The notes beneath the pieces are model-generated. The model was given only the letters and a program-made list of their open reading frames with translations. It was not told where the DNA came from and ran no database searches. A stretch of 64,000 nucleotides of DNA from contig OZ024740.1 in NCBI GenBank assembly GCA_964016885.1, forward strand, positions 132,122,001-132,186,000, in the 5' to 3' direction. Shown piece by piece: positions 29,996 to 42,260 of this stretch. The DNA is from Eledone cirrhosa. Lineage: Eukaryota. The first letter of the stretch is position 1, and the number at the start of each line of letters is the position of its first letter. The position numbers were made by a program, and so were the translations under genes.

Positions 29996-30062
<67 letters not shown>

Positions 30063-30168
30063 TGTGTGTGTGGGAGGGGTTGTTGCATTTAGTAAGACAG
30101 TGAACTGCATGATTTTGCAGTAAAATACATTGCAAGCACCACCTTGTGTTATTGAGATTTCGTTAACT

Positions 30169-30221
<53 letters not shown>

Positions 30222-30294
30222 GCAGCTATACATATGCATATATATATATGCATATGTATAGCTGCATATATATATATATATGCATATGTATAGC

Positions 30295-30330
<36 letters not shown>

Positions 30331-30340
30331 TATGTATAGC

Positions 30341-30392
<52 letters not shown>

Positions 30393-30880
30393 TATGGATA
30401 GATGCATATAAATATATATATGTATACATAAGGTGGGTAATAATAAATATTACCCAGTTACAATTATAAAAATAGCTCGGTGTAAAATAAGAATACAACA
30501 GAGCTGAAATACAATGAAAATGACAATCAAAGAGTTTTTAAACTTTCAAATAGTTAATCACTGACGATCGTTTCATCGTAGCACATGTTCTGAATATTCG
30601 GAGTTCATGACTAAAGTCAAACACAAATATAAAATCAAAACTTTGTCACAAGAACATTAGGAAGATACATAATATGGGAGGTTAGATAAGCATATGCATC
30701 ACATTTTATATAAGGTAACACTATACTTAATTTATTTGTAACAGCATCTTTTTTAACATTTCTATTGCTTTTATCTGATCCTAATTTTTATTGCATTTAA
30801 ATGCTCCTAATCTTCCTATGTTTCTACCGCCTCTCTCCCATTATATGAAGATCTTCAGTGATTATATATATATATATATA

Positions 30881-31260
30881 TTAGCAGTGGTACCCGGCAT
30901 TGTAGGGTATAGGGTATTTTGGAACGCGGGCCGCCAACAGACCTAATCGTGGAAAAACTGCATGCCTGGACACAATGTGTAATGAAAATAAACCGAAAAA
31001 TCTTATGGCTGGATAATCTTTAAGATTTTCCCCGATTAAGCAGGGAAAATGCAGGTTTTTACCTAATGCGGGACCTAGTGGATCAAGAAAATGAATTTTT
31101 TTTATGTGCATAATATGCACACCAATCCATAGGCAACGAGACCTGCATCACGCGCAGGCTCCTTCCCAGTGCCTTAGCCCAACAGCCCCCCATGTATATC
31201 TTATGAATATTTGCACCACAGCGCACAACTATTGTATGAAATGTTAAGCACAACTAGATA
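30881..31260 (-). mobile_element. Possible non-autonomous Helitron-like fragment
   Basis: Left end ttagcagtggtacccggcattg resembles the Helitron 3' end at 7862-7890; no other support. Confidence 0.3.
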
Positions 31261-31514
31261 ATGCCTGGTTCCCCTCTGCATCCTTGTCATGTATGCACTC
31301 TCTTTTTCCAGCATTTTATTTTATTGTATTTTATCTTATTTTATTTTATTATTGTATACTATTTCATTATTTTATGTTACGTGCATACAGGTCTTTTTTT
31401 AATATATAAATATGCGATTAGTGCAGGGATATTGTGCTGCCGGAGCATTTAGACATAGTGTGCAGCACCCTCGGACTCACACCGCCATGTGATCAGGTTG
31501 GGTCAAGGCCTCAA

Positions 31515-33190
31515 ATGCGTTGTCTCATAAAGTGACAACCATCAGCAACAACCAAACAGCTACCAGCAAACGATATGTGGGTATGACACAAGACAAATTC
31601 AAAACGCGTTATTACTCACATGTCGTATCTTTCCGACATCCAGAAAAAAGATTCACAACAGCTCTGGATTTGAAAGACCAAGGTATCCAATATAAATTGG
31701 ATTGGTCAATTATGAACCAATCTAAAGAAGATGCAAGAGGAACAAGAAGATACACACTCTGTATAAGTGAAAAATATTGGATTTTACAGAACCTAAAATC
31801 AACAAAAACCTGCCTAAATACAAAAACAGAAATTTTCACCAGTTGCCCACACATGAAATCACACTTGCTTTCCAGCTCATATAAAGATAACTCACTTTCA
31901 GATACTTATCCTCCATAAACTCTTATTCTTCACTTTCCTTAAATTATCCTCTTTACAGACTTCTCTTTCTGATTTACTTTCATTTTTAACTATATTTTTA
32001 ATTTTATTTTTATTTTTACTTCACATCCACCAGTAACCCCCGCCCCCTACTTTTAGATTCACTTACCTAATATCTTCACATTCCACATTTTACCTCCCCA
32101 TTTTCTTTCACTACCTGATATCACGGTCAATTGCGTTTTCCACTCCATATATATTCTGTTGTTTCGCAGCCTATTTTATATTTGTACTCATGTATTCATA
32201 CGGTTGGTTTATAATCTGTATCTATGTGTGTGAGTGTGCTTATGTGTGTGTATGTTCTGTATATGTATACGAACGCCTCCGTATGTGTGCGTACGTATAT
32301 ATATGTGTGTATGTGTGTTTTTATATCTATGTTTTTTTATGTCTATGTTTTTTACATACTTATTTATACGTGTGTGTGTGTATGCGGTTGAATGTATGTG
32401 TATATATATATAATCGCGTACGTACGTGGGATCAGATATACATGTGGCGATATATATATATATACGTGCCTCGTGTGTACGTATGTACTCATGCATGCGC
32501 TTTTGTCTGTACGTATTTGTGTATATAAATATGTTTTATATAGATATGTGTGTGTACGTGCGTACATATGTTTGTTTTCTTTTCTCTAGTGTTAATTGAT
32601 TACTTTTACTTTGATTAAAAAAAAATGTTCATCCTCATATATTGTTTGATTTTTTTACATATATCGAGAATGACACTTCTTTTTACTATTACACTCCCTT
32701 CCCTCTTTATCTTCGGCATATAAGTGACCGCGCGTGTGTGTGTGCTTATACGCGTGCTTTCATACTCGTATGTGTATTTAATACCTGTATCTGGATGCAT
32801 GTTAACTATATTATCATACATTTTCTTTTTCAACTCATATTATATACGTATTTGTGTTCACATATACACAAATATACTTACCCTCATATATGTACTTACG
32901 CACACATTTTCACCATACACATGCATTTGTACATACACACATATGTACATTTGTGAGTGTATATATATACATATACACATACCGTAACTATATTACCTTA
33001 TATTTTTTTTATATATCTCTTTTATTTATATATTTTTTGCCCGTTAAACTCTTACATTTCTTGAGACATTTCAAATATTTCACTATGTTTTAAATTGCCT
33101 TGTTCGACGAACGAATGAGGAAGTTTTTCGTATTCGTCTTATTCGGGAAACCTCTGGTAATGAGGCAATTATATTGTATTGTTTATTATA
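31515..33190 (+). mobile_element. PLE remnant (GIY-YIG plus long 3' UTR)
   Basis: ORF 31520..31918 YVGMTQDKFKTRYYSH..LCISEKYWIL..LN..CPH. HHR-like motif at the 3' end. Confidence 0.82.
33093..33170 (+). ncRNA. Degenerate type I hammerhead
   Basis: aattgccttgt-TCGACGA-acgaat..attcgg-GAAA-cctctgg-TA-atgaggcaatt. 11-bp stem I with G.U pairs; core CT changed to TC. Confidence 0.7.
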
Positions 33191-33223
33191 CATTACACAC
33201 CCACACACACACACACAAATATA

Positions 33224-33269
<46 letters not shown>

Positions 33270-33279
33270 GATATATATA

Positions 33280-33315
<36 letters not shown>

Positions 33316-33459
33316 TATATATATATATATATATATAATTATATATATATCTATATATATATATATATATATATATCTGTATATATATATCTGTATATAT
33401 AAGTACTACACTCTTGTAGGACACCTCCGTTATTTTTCAATTTGTAAAAAAAACCTCAC

Positions 33460-33547
<88 letters not shown>

Positions 33548-33549
33548 GA

Positions 33550-33755
33550 ATAAAAATAGACAACGGTTAAAATATCCTCTTCAGTAGTCTGCTGATTTAT
33601 CGTTGGTTTTTCGATGCATTAAATACTAGATACCTAAAATTAGTGCGAGCTATAACTCAATTAAGTTATCGGGACAGTGGGTAAACGGAGGGAAGGAAAC
33701 AAATACATGGTAGTATGCAACGAAAGAGAGGAAATTAGAGACAAGTCAATGAATC
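33550..33755 (-). mobile_element. Fragment of family R2
   Basis: Homologous to 39586-39788 and 40131-40333; carries gacta-CTGAAGA on the - strand. Confidence 0.7.
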
Positions 33756-33877
33756 AATATATATACATATACATATATATATATATAACAAAGGAATTGT
33801 GATAAGGAACCAGATGAACCATAACACACCAGAGTATTCAATACTTAGGGTAGTGAGTGGGAAATAGGAAAAAGTAT

Positions 33878-33974
33878 GACCCGACGGCAGAGCTCAAGCC
33901 GTAACGACGGCTATTTCTGTACTAAATTAGAATTGTTAGCCTGGTGAATAAATAGCCGAACTTTTCAAGGGGGT
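33878..33974 (-). ncRNA. Variant type I hammerhead (U3:A8), GAAA mutated
   Basis: accccc-TTGAAAA-gttcggctattt..aaatagccgtc-GTTA-cggc..gccg-TC-gggt. Confidence 0.6.
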
Positions 33975-35869
33975 ACTTCCATATATGGGAATATTGTAGT
34001 TTTCAAGAGGATTGGGTAACATTTGTTGTAAACACAAATAATAGCTTCGGATGCTCCCGCAAAAAATCGACCTTTTTGCGAAAAGACTAAGATGGAGAAC
34101 TTTTTTCTACGATACATACCGCGACAATCAGGACTTCGACACCAAGGAGAGATTCGGATTAAATACCTATAAATCTCCTTCTCTGAACCCTATGCTCTCA
34201 TCCTTCGAGAACGACCTTTTCCACCTGGTCTAGAGCATTAAATTCAAACCCAGACACAACAGATTCCTACAACAACTCCGTAGCAAAATAACAGAGTATG
34301 AAAACACCAACGACACATGGTGCACTTAGACAACACAGGAAACCTCTACTCGTCATCCCTGACAGGTACCACACACTGATTGGGAGCAGCCTAAATTCCA
34401 CCTATAAAAAGGCTAACCATTCAATCATCGAGGACATAAATCGAGATGGACAACAAATTACCTCCATCCTCGGGGTCGCCGACCGCACTGAACCACTAGA
34501 CCCACGGACTCCCTACTTCAGACTGAAGGACCGCAAATCCGACTTCGACCGCAAACCATCCATTAGGCTTATAAACCCAACGAAGTCGGACATAGGGAGA
34601 ATCAGTAAAAAGATCCTAGACCGAGTTATATCAAAAGTTAAGCAAAACGTGAGACTTAGCCTATGGGTCAGCACCCAGGAAGTAATCTCATGGTTCAGGA
34701 ATATGGAGGACAAACGAGACACAAAATTCATCCAGTTTGACACAGAGACTTACTATGCATCTATTACCTTACCGCTCCTTACGGCCGCCTTGGACTTCGC
34801 CGAAAAACTCACGTGCATCACTGAGCAGGAAAGAAATATCATTCTCCACGCCAGGAAGACAGTCCTACTTTTCGACAACTCTAAGTGGATAAAGAGAGCT
34901 CCCGACTCCCCCTTCGACGTCACTATGGGCGCGACGGATTCGGCTTAGGTCACAGATCTTATAGGATTATTCCTACTATTTAAACTCACCGAAATGTTTC
35001 CTACATTCGGCGGAGGATTTTACCGGGATGATAGGTTCCTCAACCTCAAAGGGTACAAACCCAGTAGTACAGACCGGGTCCGTAATCAACTTCTTCCTGG
35101 ACTGGGCATTTAAAATCACCCTACAAACGTCCCTAACCCGAGTCAGTTTCCTGGACGTTACCCTTAACCTCGAAAATGATCCGTACTACCCATACAGGAA
35201 ACCAAACGTCAACCTGCACTACATCTACCGCCGCTCTACTTAGGTAGATGTATCTCTTTTCTTTTTATTTTCTTCTTTGTCTTCTACTTCCCCCTGTCTC
35301 ATCTTATCACTTCCTTCCACCCCCTATTTTCTTCCTCGTCTGCTTTTCCCTTCGCCTAGCCCGATGCAGCCTATCGGACCTCTGTAGCATCAGATCCCCC
35401 ACCCCTGTAATTTTACGATAGAATTGGCGGAATACGTTTTACTAACTACTCATAGCAGACGTGTTAAACCCCTTTAATTCTGTATCACTTCTGGTACTAC
35501 TCAATTTTTACAAGATTTTTTTCTATTCTCAACTTATTAACCCATAATTGTAAGATAGCATTGTGATTTTTTATTCATTTCTCACTATCTAATTTTATAT
35601 ATTTTTTTATTTATTTCTATTATCTTTTATTGTCTCCTACTCTCATTCGATTTAGCTATTCTATAACCTCCCTCCTCCACTTCATACACTATCCTTAGAA
35701 TCTGCTGTATACATATCACTTTCAAAGCTTGACCGCTCCACTCACAACCCTATTGTTCTACAGGCAATTTCAGCCACCCCTACCTCCCACGAAATGCCAT
35801 GATAGACTTATTTGTGTTTACAAAAAATGTTAACCAATCCTCCTGACAACTACAATCTTCCCATATATA

Positions 35870-35960
35870 TTGAAAAGTTCGGCTATTTATTCACCAGGCT
35901 AAAAATTCTAATTTAGTCCAGAAATAGCCGTCGAGACGGCTTGAGCTCTGCTGTCGGTGT
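35870..35960 (+). ncRNA. Variant type I hammerhead (U3:A8), GAAA changed to GAGA
   Basis: TTGAAAA-gttcggctattt..aaatagccgtc-GAGA-cggc..gctg-TC-gg. The 5' strand of stem I is deleted. Confidence 0.55.
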
Positions 35961-35972
35961 CATACGTTTTCC

Positions 35973-36078
<106 letters not shown>

Positions 36079-36095
36079 TATATATATATATATAA

Positions 36096-36288
<193 letters not shown>

Positions 36289-36305
36289 TATATATATATA
36301 ATATA

Positions 36306-36630
36306 TAAGATCAAATGATGGTTAAAAGAGTTCTATGTATTTTATTATACGCATTTCAAAAACAAATATCATCATGCAATAACATTTGTGTTTGCATCAG
36401 ATAAAATAGGAAGATATGATATGAAAGTTAAAAACACTTGTGGATAGTGCAGTTTTAAATCAACATATGAAAAGTAGTTTTAGATTGATGTGTTCTATTG
36501 GGGAAAAAACATTTTTTTTTAACCATCTTTTGATAATATATATTATGTATACTCCAGTCCTACAAACTGTAGAGTGCTTCTTATCCGATATCTGCATTGC
36601 TTTATTGTACTACAAGTCACCTCCTACATA
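36306..36630. mobile_element. Fold-back 3'-end fragment of PLE family A with degenerate HHR (36338-36408, -)
   Basis: Matches 2647-2950 in both orientations; core reads CTGATGC. Confidence 0.82.
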
Positions 36631-36649
36631 TATATATATATATATATAG

Positions 36650-38862
36650 AAAACATTTACGAAATGGAAATGCGGGTATATAGGATTTATTAGGTAACAA
36701 TTGTTTCTATAGTGTATGAGTTACCTATACTTCGCTATTTGAATAATACACAAATATTATCATAAACCGAAAGTACACTGTAAACCAACACACCATGTCA
36801 TCAGACCTTTGTATTAGAATGATATGAAAATATTTCATACACTAGATAAAAGATAAAGAAGGAGGTAGGAAGAGAAGGTGAAGAGGGAAGTGAGTAAGGT
36901 GGAGGGAGTCTTAGGGTTTAAGACTGTCAGACTAGTAGAGATTGTGAAGAGAGAATGTTTTGGCAGCAGTTAGCTTGATGAGGCGTGCTAAGGTTGGCTG
37001 GGAAGTAGATTCTTCTAGTGGTGTTGTTCGGACAACATTTAGTTAGAGGGGTCAAAGTGGTACAGTGTCACAGACAAGTTATTAGGGCTATTATAGTAGC
37101 AGGTTATTTCTAAAGGGGTCCAGAAAAACAGTGTTTAGTACTATTATTATAGAAAGCCATATCTAGTGTATAAACATATAAGACAGAAATTTGCAAACAT
37201 TGATGTAAAAAGGTAACATTATATGCATTTAAAAAAAGAAAAATTCGTTTTAAACGATGGTTACAGTATAGAGAACGTTCAATTTTGCTGTTCAAAAGTG
37301 TGTTTACCGACGTTAAAATGCAATATATCTCTAAATTGCATAACTTGCAGAATCGATGATTTTGCTGATATGCAGGCGCAGCTGCAATAATTTGCCAATC
37401 AAGGGAGAACGCTTGATTGTTCCTCCGAAGCTGCCAGGCTTTATCGGCGAGGGTTGTTACGGAGCGCATTTTCTCGTGCCTGATCGAAGATCGATGTTGG
37501 TATAGGCGAGCCTTGAAAGAAGTTGCAGTACATCCGACGTAATACCATTTGTTGGTCCCGGAATTTATTGTACACCGGTAGACAATATTGCGTGCTAGAC
37601 ACTGGTTATTCAGTGGGCACGTACCTGGTTTGGTGCAGTTACAACTATTTTTATGTTTTGCAGTAGAATCCTGGATAGTTTGGTGGGGTTGTGGTTGCGT
37701 GTTAGTGCGTTGTATGTTGCTATGCTGGTGCGCTGAGTCATTAGGGATGTACTTATTCAGTATTGCTGAGTTGAGTTTTCTAATTAGTTGTTCTATGTTA
37801 GGTGCAGTGGAGTATGAGAGTCTAATGGTGCGCGAGTTAAAGATTTTATAGTATTTATGTGAAGTTGTAAAGTGTTTATTGATTAGTGTATAGAATTGTG
37901 AGATAATCTTAGTGCTAATAGAAGAATTGTACACGGGGTTATACCATATGTACTCTCTACGTCTGACTCTATTTGCTGGTTTGCACCTGTTAGTATGCCT
38001 ATTGATGTGTGTGTGTGGTGCAATACTAGTTCAACTTAGATGTGTTTTATTCATAGTACTTATGTGGTTATCGTCTAGATATTCAATTTTCTCGCAATAA
38101 CCAGCTTTTCTAAGTGCGTCATTATAATATTCAGCATGCTCGTTGAAGGTCTGCAACTTAGACGACAGTCGGGAGATCCTTATGGATATATTTTTAGGGA
38201 TAGATTTAATAATGGAATGAGGATGGTTCGATTTTACATTAACGTACTTAAGATTTTCATTAAGTTTGTGAAATGGCTCTATATTACCGCTATTAAGGTT
38301 GAAGGTGACATCTAAGAAGTTGACCACCTTAAGATTGTGTTCGAAGGTAATATTAAGCCCTAGTTCTAAGAAAAGTTTCCTAATGTTTTTACGTCGCCTT
38401 TCTAGGTTTTGTTTGTTCATATTCTTGACTAATAGAAGTGTATCGTCGCGGTATATTCCGCCGTGGAGGTCCGTAAATTCGCTCTGGAGTCTGTGGGCTA
38501 TATAGATCCCAACCAAATCCGTGACCTCCGCCGAATCATTAGAACCCATCGTAATGTCGAATTCCGAGGGTCTATTCCTGCGGACCCAATAACTATTTTC
38601 AAAGTGCACTACTGTGCGTCTAGCTTCAAGTATAATATTAATTTCCTCGTTTGTGAGTTCCGAGTTAGTCTTAGCGAAAGAGAGGGCCTTATGCAGGGTT
38701 TCAGGTGAAATAGAGGAATAGTATTCATCTATATCGAATTGAATAAAAGAAGATTTGTTTTTGTCCCTAATGTTATTGAACCATCTTATTGCCTGATGAG
38801 TATTACCCCATAATTTAATATCTACCTTAGCCTTAACTTGGGGGATAATACGATCTAATATG
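36650..38862 (-). mobile_element. PLE (Naiad-like) with RT and GIY-YIG
   Basis: 38031..38609 (FDITMGSNDSAEVTDLVG, GIYRDD, FLDVTFNL) and 37110..37934 (CNCTKPGTCPLNNQC..YVGCTATSFKARLYQH..CKLCNLE). Confidence 0.92.
36692..36808 (-). ncRNA. Type I hammerhead with ~90-nt stem II
   Basis: aggt-CTGATGA-c-atggtgtg...tacactat-a-GAAA-caattg-TT-acct. Intact core; palindromic stem III. Confidence 0.75.
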
Positions 38863-38864
38863 TG

Positions 38865-39527
38865 CGTGGTTTTGTATACCCACGGTAAGGTTTTGCGTAT
38901 GCTTGTGTATGTACGTATCTGTTTGCGTGTATGTATTTATTTGTTTCTATTACTTCTGTATTGTATGTATTTATTTTGTTCTTAACTCTGTAGCGGAGAT
39001 TCATTTGGTCTCCTAGTTAGAATTTTAGTCTACGATTTCTGCTATACCATTTACGTGGTTTTGTCTTTGCGTGCTATTGTTCTCCACGCTCCACATATGA
39101 CTTATTATCTTCGTTTTTTCGTTCATTGCCAGACAACGTCTCTATGCACCACCTAAGAGAACATTAGTCTACGACCTCTTTTATACCATAAACGTGGTTT
39201 TGTCTTTGCGCGTAATTGTTTTTCACCGCTCCTATTAATGACGTATTATTCGTTTTTTCCCATTCTTTGCCAGCGAACGTTAGCACGAACCAAAGTATCG
39301 TCTTCCTGTCTTCCTCCGGTTGCAACGTTTTTTGAAATATCCAGTTCTGCGTTTACAGATTGACTTTGTTAGTTTCAGAAGATCCCGTTAAGGGTGAAAG
39401 CAGCGATTCTTTGCTTAAGCTTTAATCTGTTATTTTAATAAATATTTTCTCTACGGTTCTTATATATTTGATATATATTTTCCTTATCGAGCCCTCTTTG
39501 GATTTTAGTCTTCAATTTTATTATTAT

Positions 39528-39530
<3 letters not shown>
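38865..39530 (+). repeat. Unclassified repeat with ~140-bp internal tandem duplication and possible decayed HHR (39370-39410)
   Basis: ttagtctacga..ataccat..acgtggttttgtctttgcg occurs twice. 39224-39282 is inverted-homologous to 1885-1943. CAGAAGA-tccc-gtta-agggt-GAAA. Confidence 0.5.
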
Positions 39531-39585
<55 letters not shown>

Positions 39586-39590
<5 letters not shown>

Positions 39591-40328
39591 TAGACCGAGA
39601 AACAAGAATGTCCGACATCAGTAGTCTGCTGATTATCATTGGTAATTATTCGCATTAAAGACTAGATACCTAAAATCAGTGCGAACGATAAATAAATTAA
39701 GTTATCGAGACAGAGAAAAACAGAGGAAAGAAAACAAACAACATGGTAGTAATGCAACGTAACGAGAGGTAAAGAGAGACAAGTTAATGGATCTTGTGGG
39801 CTTAAGTCCGACAAATCCAATGACGAGAAGAAACAAATGCGTCCGAGCCACGAGAAAAGTGAGAGGAAATAATTTCACGCAGGTCAGACGGGAGGAAGTG
39901 AGAGAGGAGGAGTAGGAGACAGTGCGTGAGTGAAAGTGTGAGGAAGGGGCCAGCCGAGAGTGAGAGACCAGCAGCAGGAGTGGAGGAAAGCAAGAGATAA
40001 CGGAGCGAGAATAGGGAGAGAGAAGGAGGATAGCAGTAAGGTGACAGACAAAAATGCGAACCACAGCGAAGGGAAAAAATATGTGAATGAAAAATGGCGT
40101 GCTGCGTTGTTGCGAATATGAACATATGAATAAAAATAGACCGAGAAACAAGAATGTCCGTCATCAGTAGTCTGGTGATTTACATTGTTATTTCTCGCAT
40201 TAAATACTAGATACCTAAAATCTGTGCGAGTGTAAACTAAATTAAATTATCGGGACAGAGGAAAACAGAGGAAAGGAAACAAACAACATGGTAGTAATGC
40301 AACCTAAAGAGAGGAAAAGAGAGACAAG

Positions 40329-40333
<5 letters not shown>
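39586..40333 (-). mobile_element. Non-coding family R2, ~1.4 units (period ~545), with GAAA-less HHR relic
   Basis: ~200-bp terminal direct repeats; acta-CTGATGA-cggaca-ttct-tgttt-ctcgg-TC-ta(g)t; flanked by (TA)n. Confidence 0.7.
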
Positions 40334-40371
<38 letters not shown>

Positions 40372-40459
40372 TTAAATTAAAAATTGATGCAATTCAATTC
40401 AAGCACTAACGTACTTTTTCCACATAGGAGTGTCGGAGTATATATTGAATAAGAAAGCG

Positions 40460-42008
40460 AAGTAGTTTCAGATGTTAAAGTCCTTTAATAATAATGCGGT
40501 GATACATATTTCAATGACAACAGCGGTCACACGGATCGGTGCGCCCAGTGCCGTGACATCATCAGACAACTTGTTACATAATAAGGTTATGTTTCGAGGC
40601 AATCCAAATTGAATCGACATGGGAACGGACAAAGTGTGTGCTCATGAGTTCTTCGCCCGTTGCCTTGTGAGTCCCAATTCACCCCCAACGCTCTGCGCAG
40701 GCGCAAGTCCGAACGAAGTTGACGATCAACTACCGCAGAGTTCTACGAAACTCGCCTGGGCATGTCCGCCACTCAACCAAACAATGACCCCATCCAGGTC
40801 TGTAATATGACAAGGTTACACCTTACTACTAGCCACCCTGTTAGTGGATGTCGGCCGAAAGCTAGTGGGGTGGGAGAGTGTGAGTATCAATAGCTCACAC
40901 TACTATCCCTAAATTAAGCATGGACAGTAAAATTGGCCATCAACCGCTAAGAAAATATATACTTATTTCTAGGTATTCTGGTTTCACAGTGGAAATTATG
41001 AATGAGAGCTGGAAATTAACACTAACAATTACAAATCAAAAATCAAAAATTAAAAAAATTACAAGTTAGAATCTAGATTGAAGTAAGGAAAAAATATATA
41101 TGTACATATGATAACTAATAAATAGGGAGATGTTTAAGTTATAGTAAGAAGTTTTGAAAGTGGGATCAATCTTACAGATATATTATCTACATATTGAATT
41201 CTAGTACCGTACAGTAGAACAGAGGGTAGATTACAGTATGAAGCGTAGTAGTTAGGTGAATGCATGTATTCGTCTAGCTATTACACTTCTACAGTACGGA
41301 ACTATCGTTAAATATGTAGATAATACTTCTGTAAGATTGATCCCACTTTCAAAACTTCTTACTATAACTTAAACATCTCCCTATTTATTAGTTATCATAT
41401 GTTCATATATATTTTTTTTTATTTTTGATATTTGATTTGTAGTTTTTAGTGTTAATTTCCAACTCTCATAATTTCCACTGTGAAACCATAATACCTAGAA
41501 ATAAGTATATATTCTCTTAGCGGCTGACGGACAATTCTACTGTCCAAGATTAATTTAGGGGTAGTAGTGGAACCTATTGATACTCACACTCTCCCACCTC
41601 CACTAGCTTTCGGCTGACTGCCACTAACAGGGTCGCTAGTAGTAAGGTGTAAACTTGTCATATTACAGGACTGGATGGGTTCATTGTTTGGCTGGGTGGC
41701 GGACTGCCTAGGCGAGTTTCGTAGAACTCTGTGGTAGTTGATGGTCAACTTTGTTCGGATTTGCGACTGCGCAGACCGGTGGGGGTTAATTGGGACTCAC
41801 AAGGGAACGGGCGAAGAACTCAAGAGACACGCTTTGTCCGTTCCCATGTCGATGCAATTTGGATTGCCTCGGAAACATAACCTTATTATGTAAGAAGGTG
41901 TCTGATGATGTCACGGCACTGGGCGTAACCGAACCGTGTGGCAACAGTTGTCATTGAAATATGTATCAAAGCATTATTATTAAAGAAATTTAACGTCTGA
42001 AACTACTT

Positions 42009-42009
<1 letters not shown>
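40460..42009. repeat. Large fold-back element, ~720-bp diverged arms and ~115-bp spacer, HHR-like motif in each arm
   Basis: 40460-41195 is inverted relative to 41311-42009. gt-CTGATGA-tgtca..tgtcatt-GAAA-tatgta-TC at ~41897-41972 (+) and ~40496-40570 (-). Confidence 0.85.
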
Positions 42010-42062
<53 letters not shown>

Positions 42063-42260
42063 ATATATATATTGGAAAATGTGTGAGGTCCTTGGTACAG
42101 TTAGGTATATTTGAAACACGTAATAGAATGACTTCACTTGCAGTTCTAAATAATGTGATTTAATTTCATAATATAATAATAAGATGAGTTGGTAGATCTA
42201 GTGTTGGTTGAACTAGATATACCAACACATATTATAATATTATAAAATAAAATAAAATTA

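Noticed and set aside
30556-30863. Single HHR with a ~285-nt stem II
   Set aside because: Requires a 2-nt indel in stem I and has no clear stem II base; only the 3' half is credible.
37110-37934. Possible selenocysteine recoding, known in some Naiad PLEs
   Set aside because: The conserved Cys positions are ordinary Cys codons in an open frame; I saw no in-frame TGA at those sites and did not recognise a SECIS.
38790-38815. CTGATGA motif
   Set aside because: Lies antisense within RT coding sequence with no downstream GAAA or stems.
39020-39300. CRISPR-like repeat-spacer array
   Set aside because: Only two ~140-bp tandem units with homologous intervening sequence; eukaryotic context and no cas genes.
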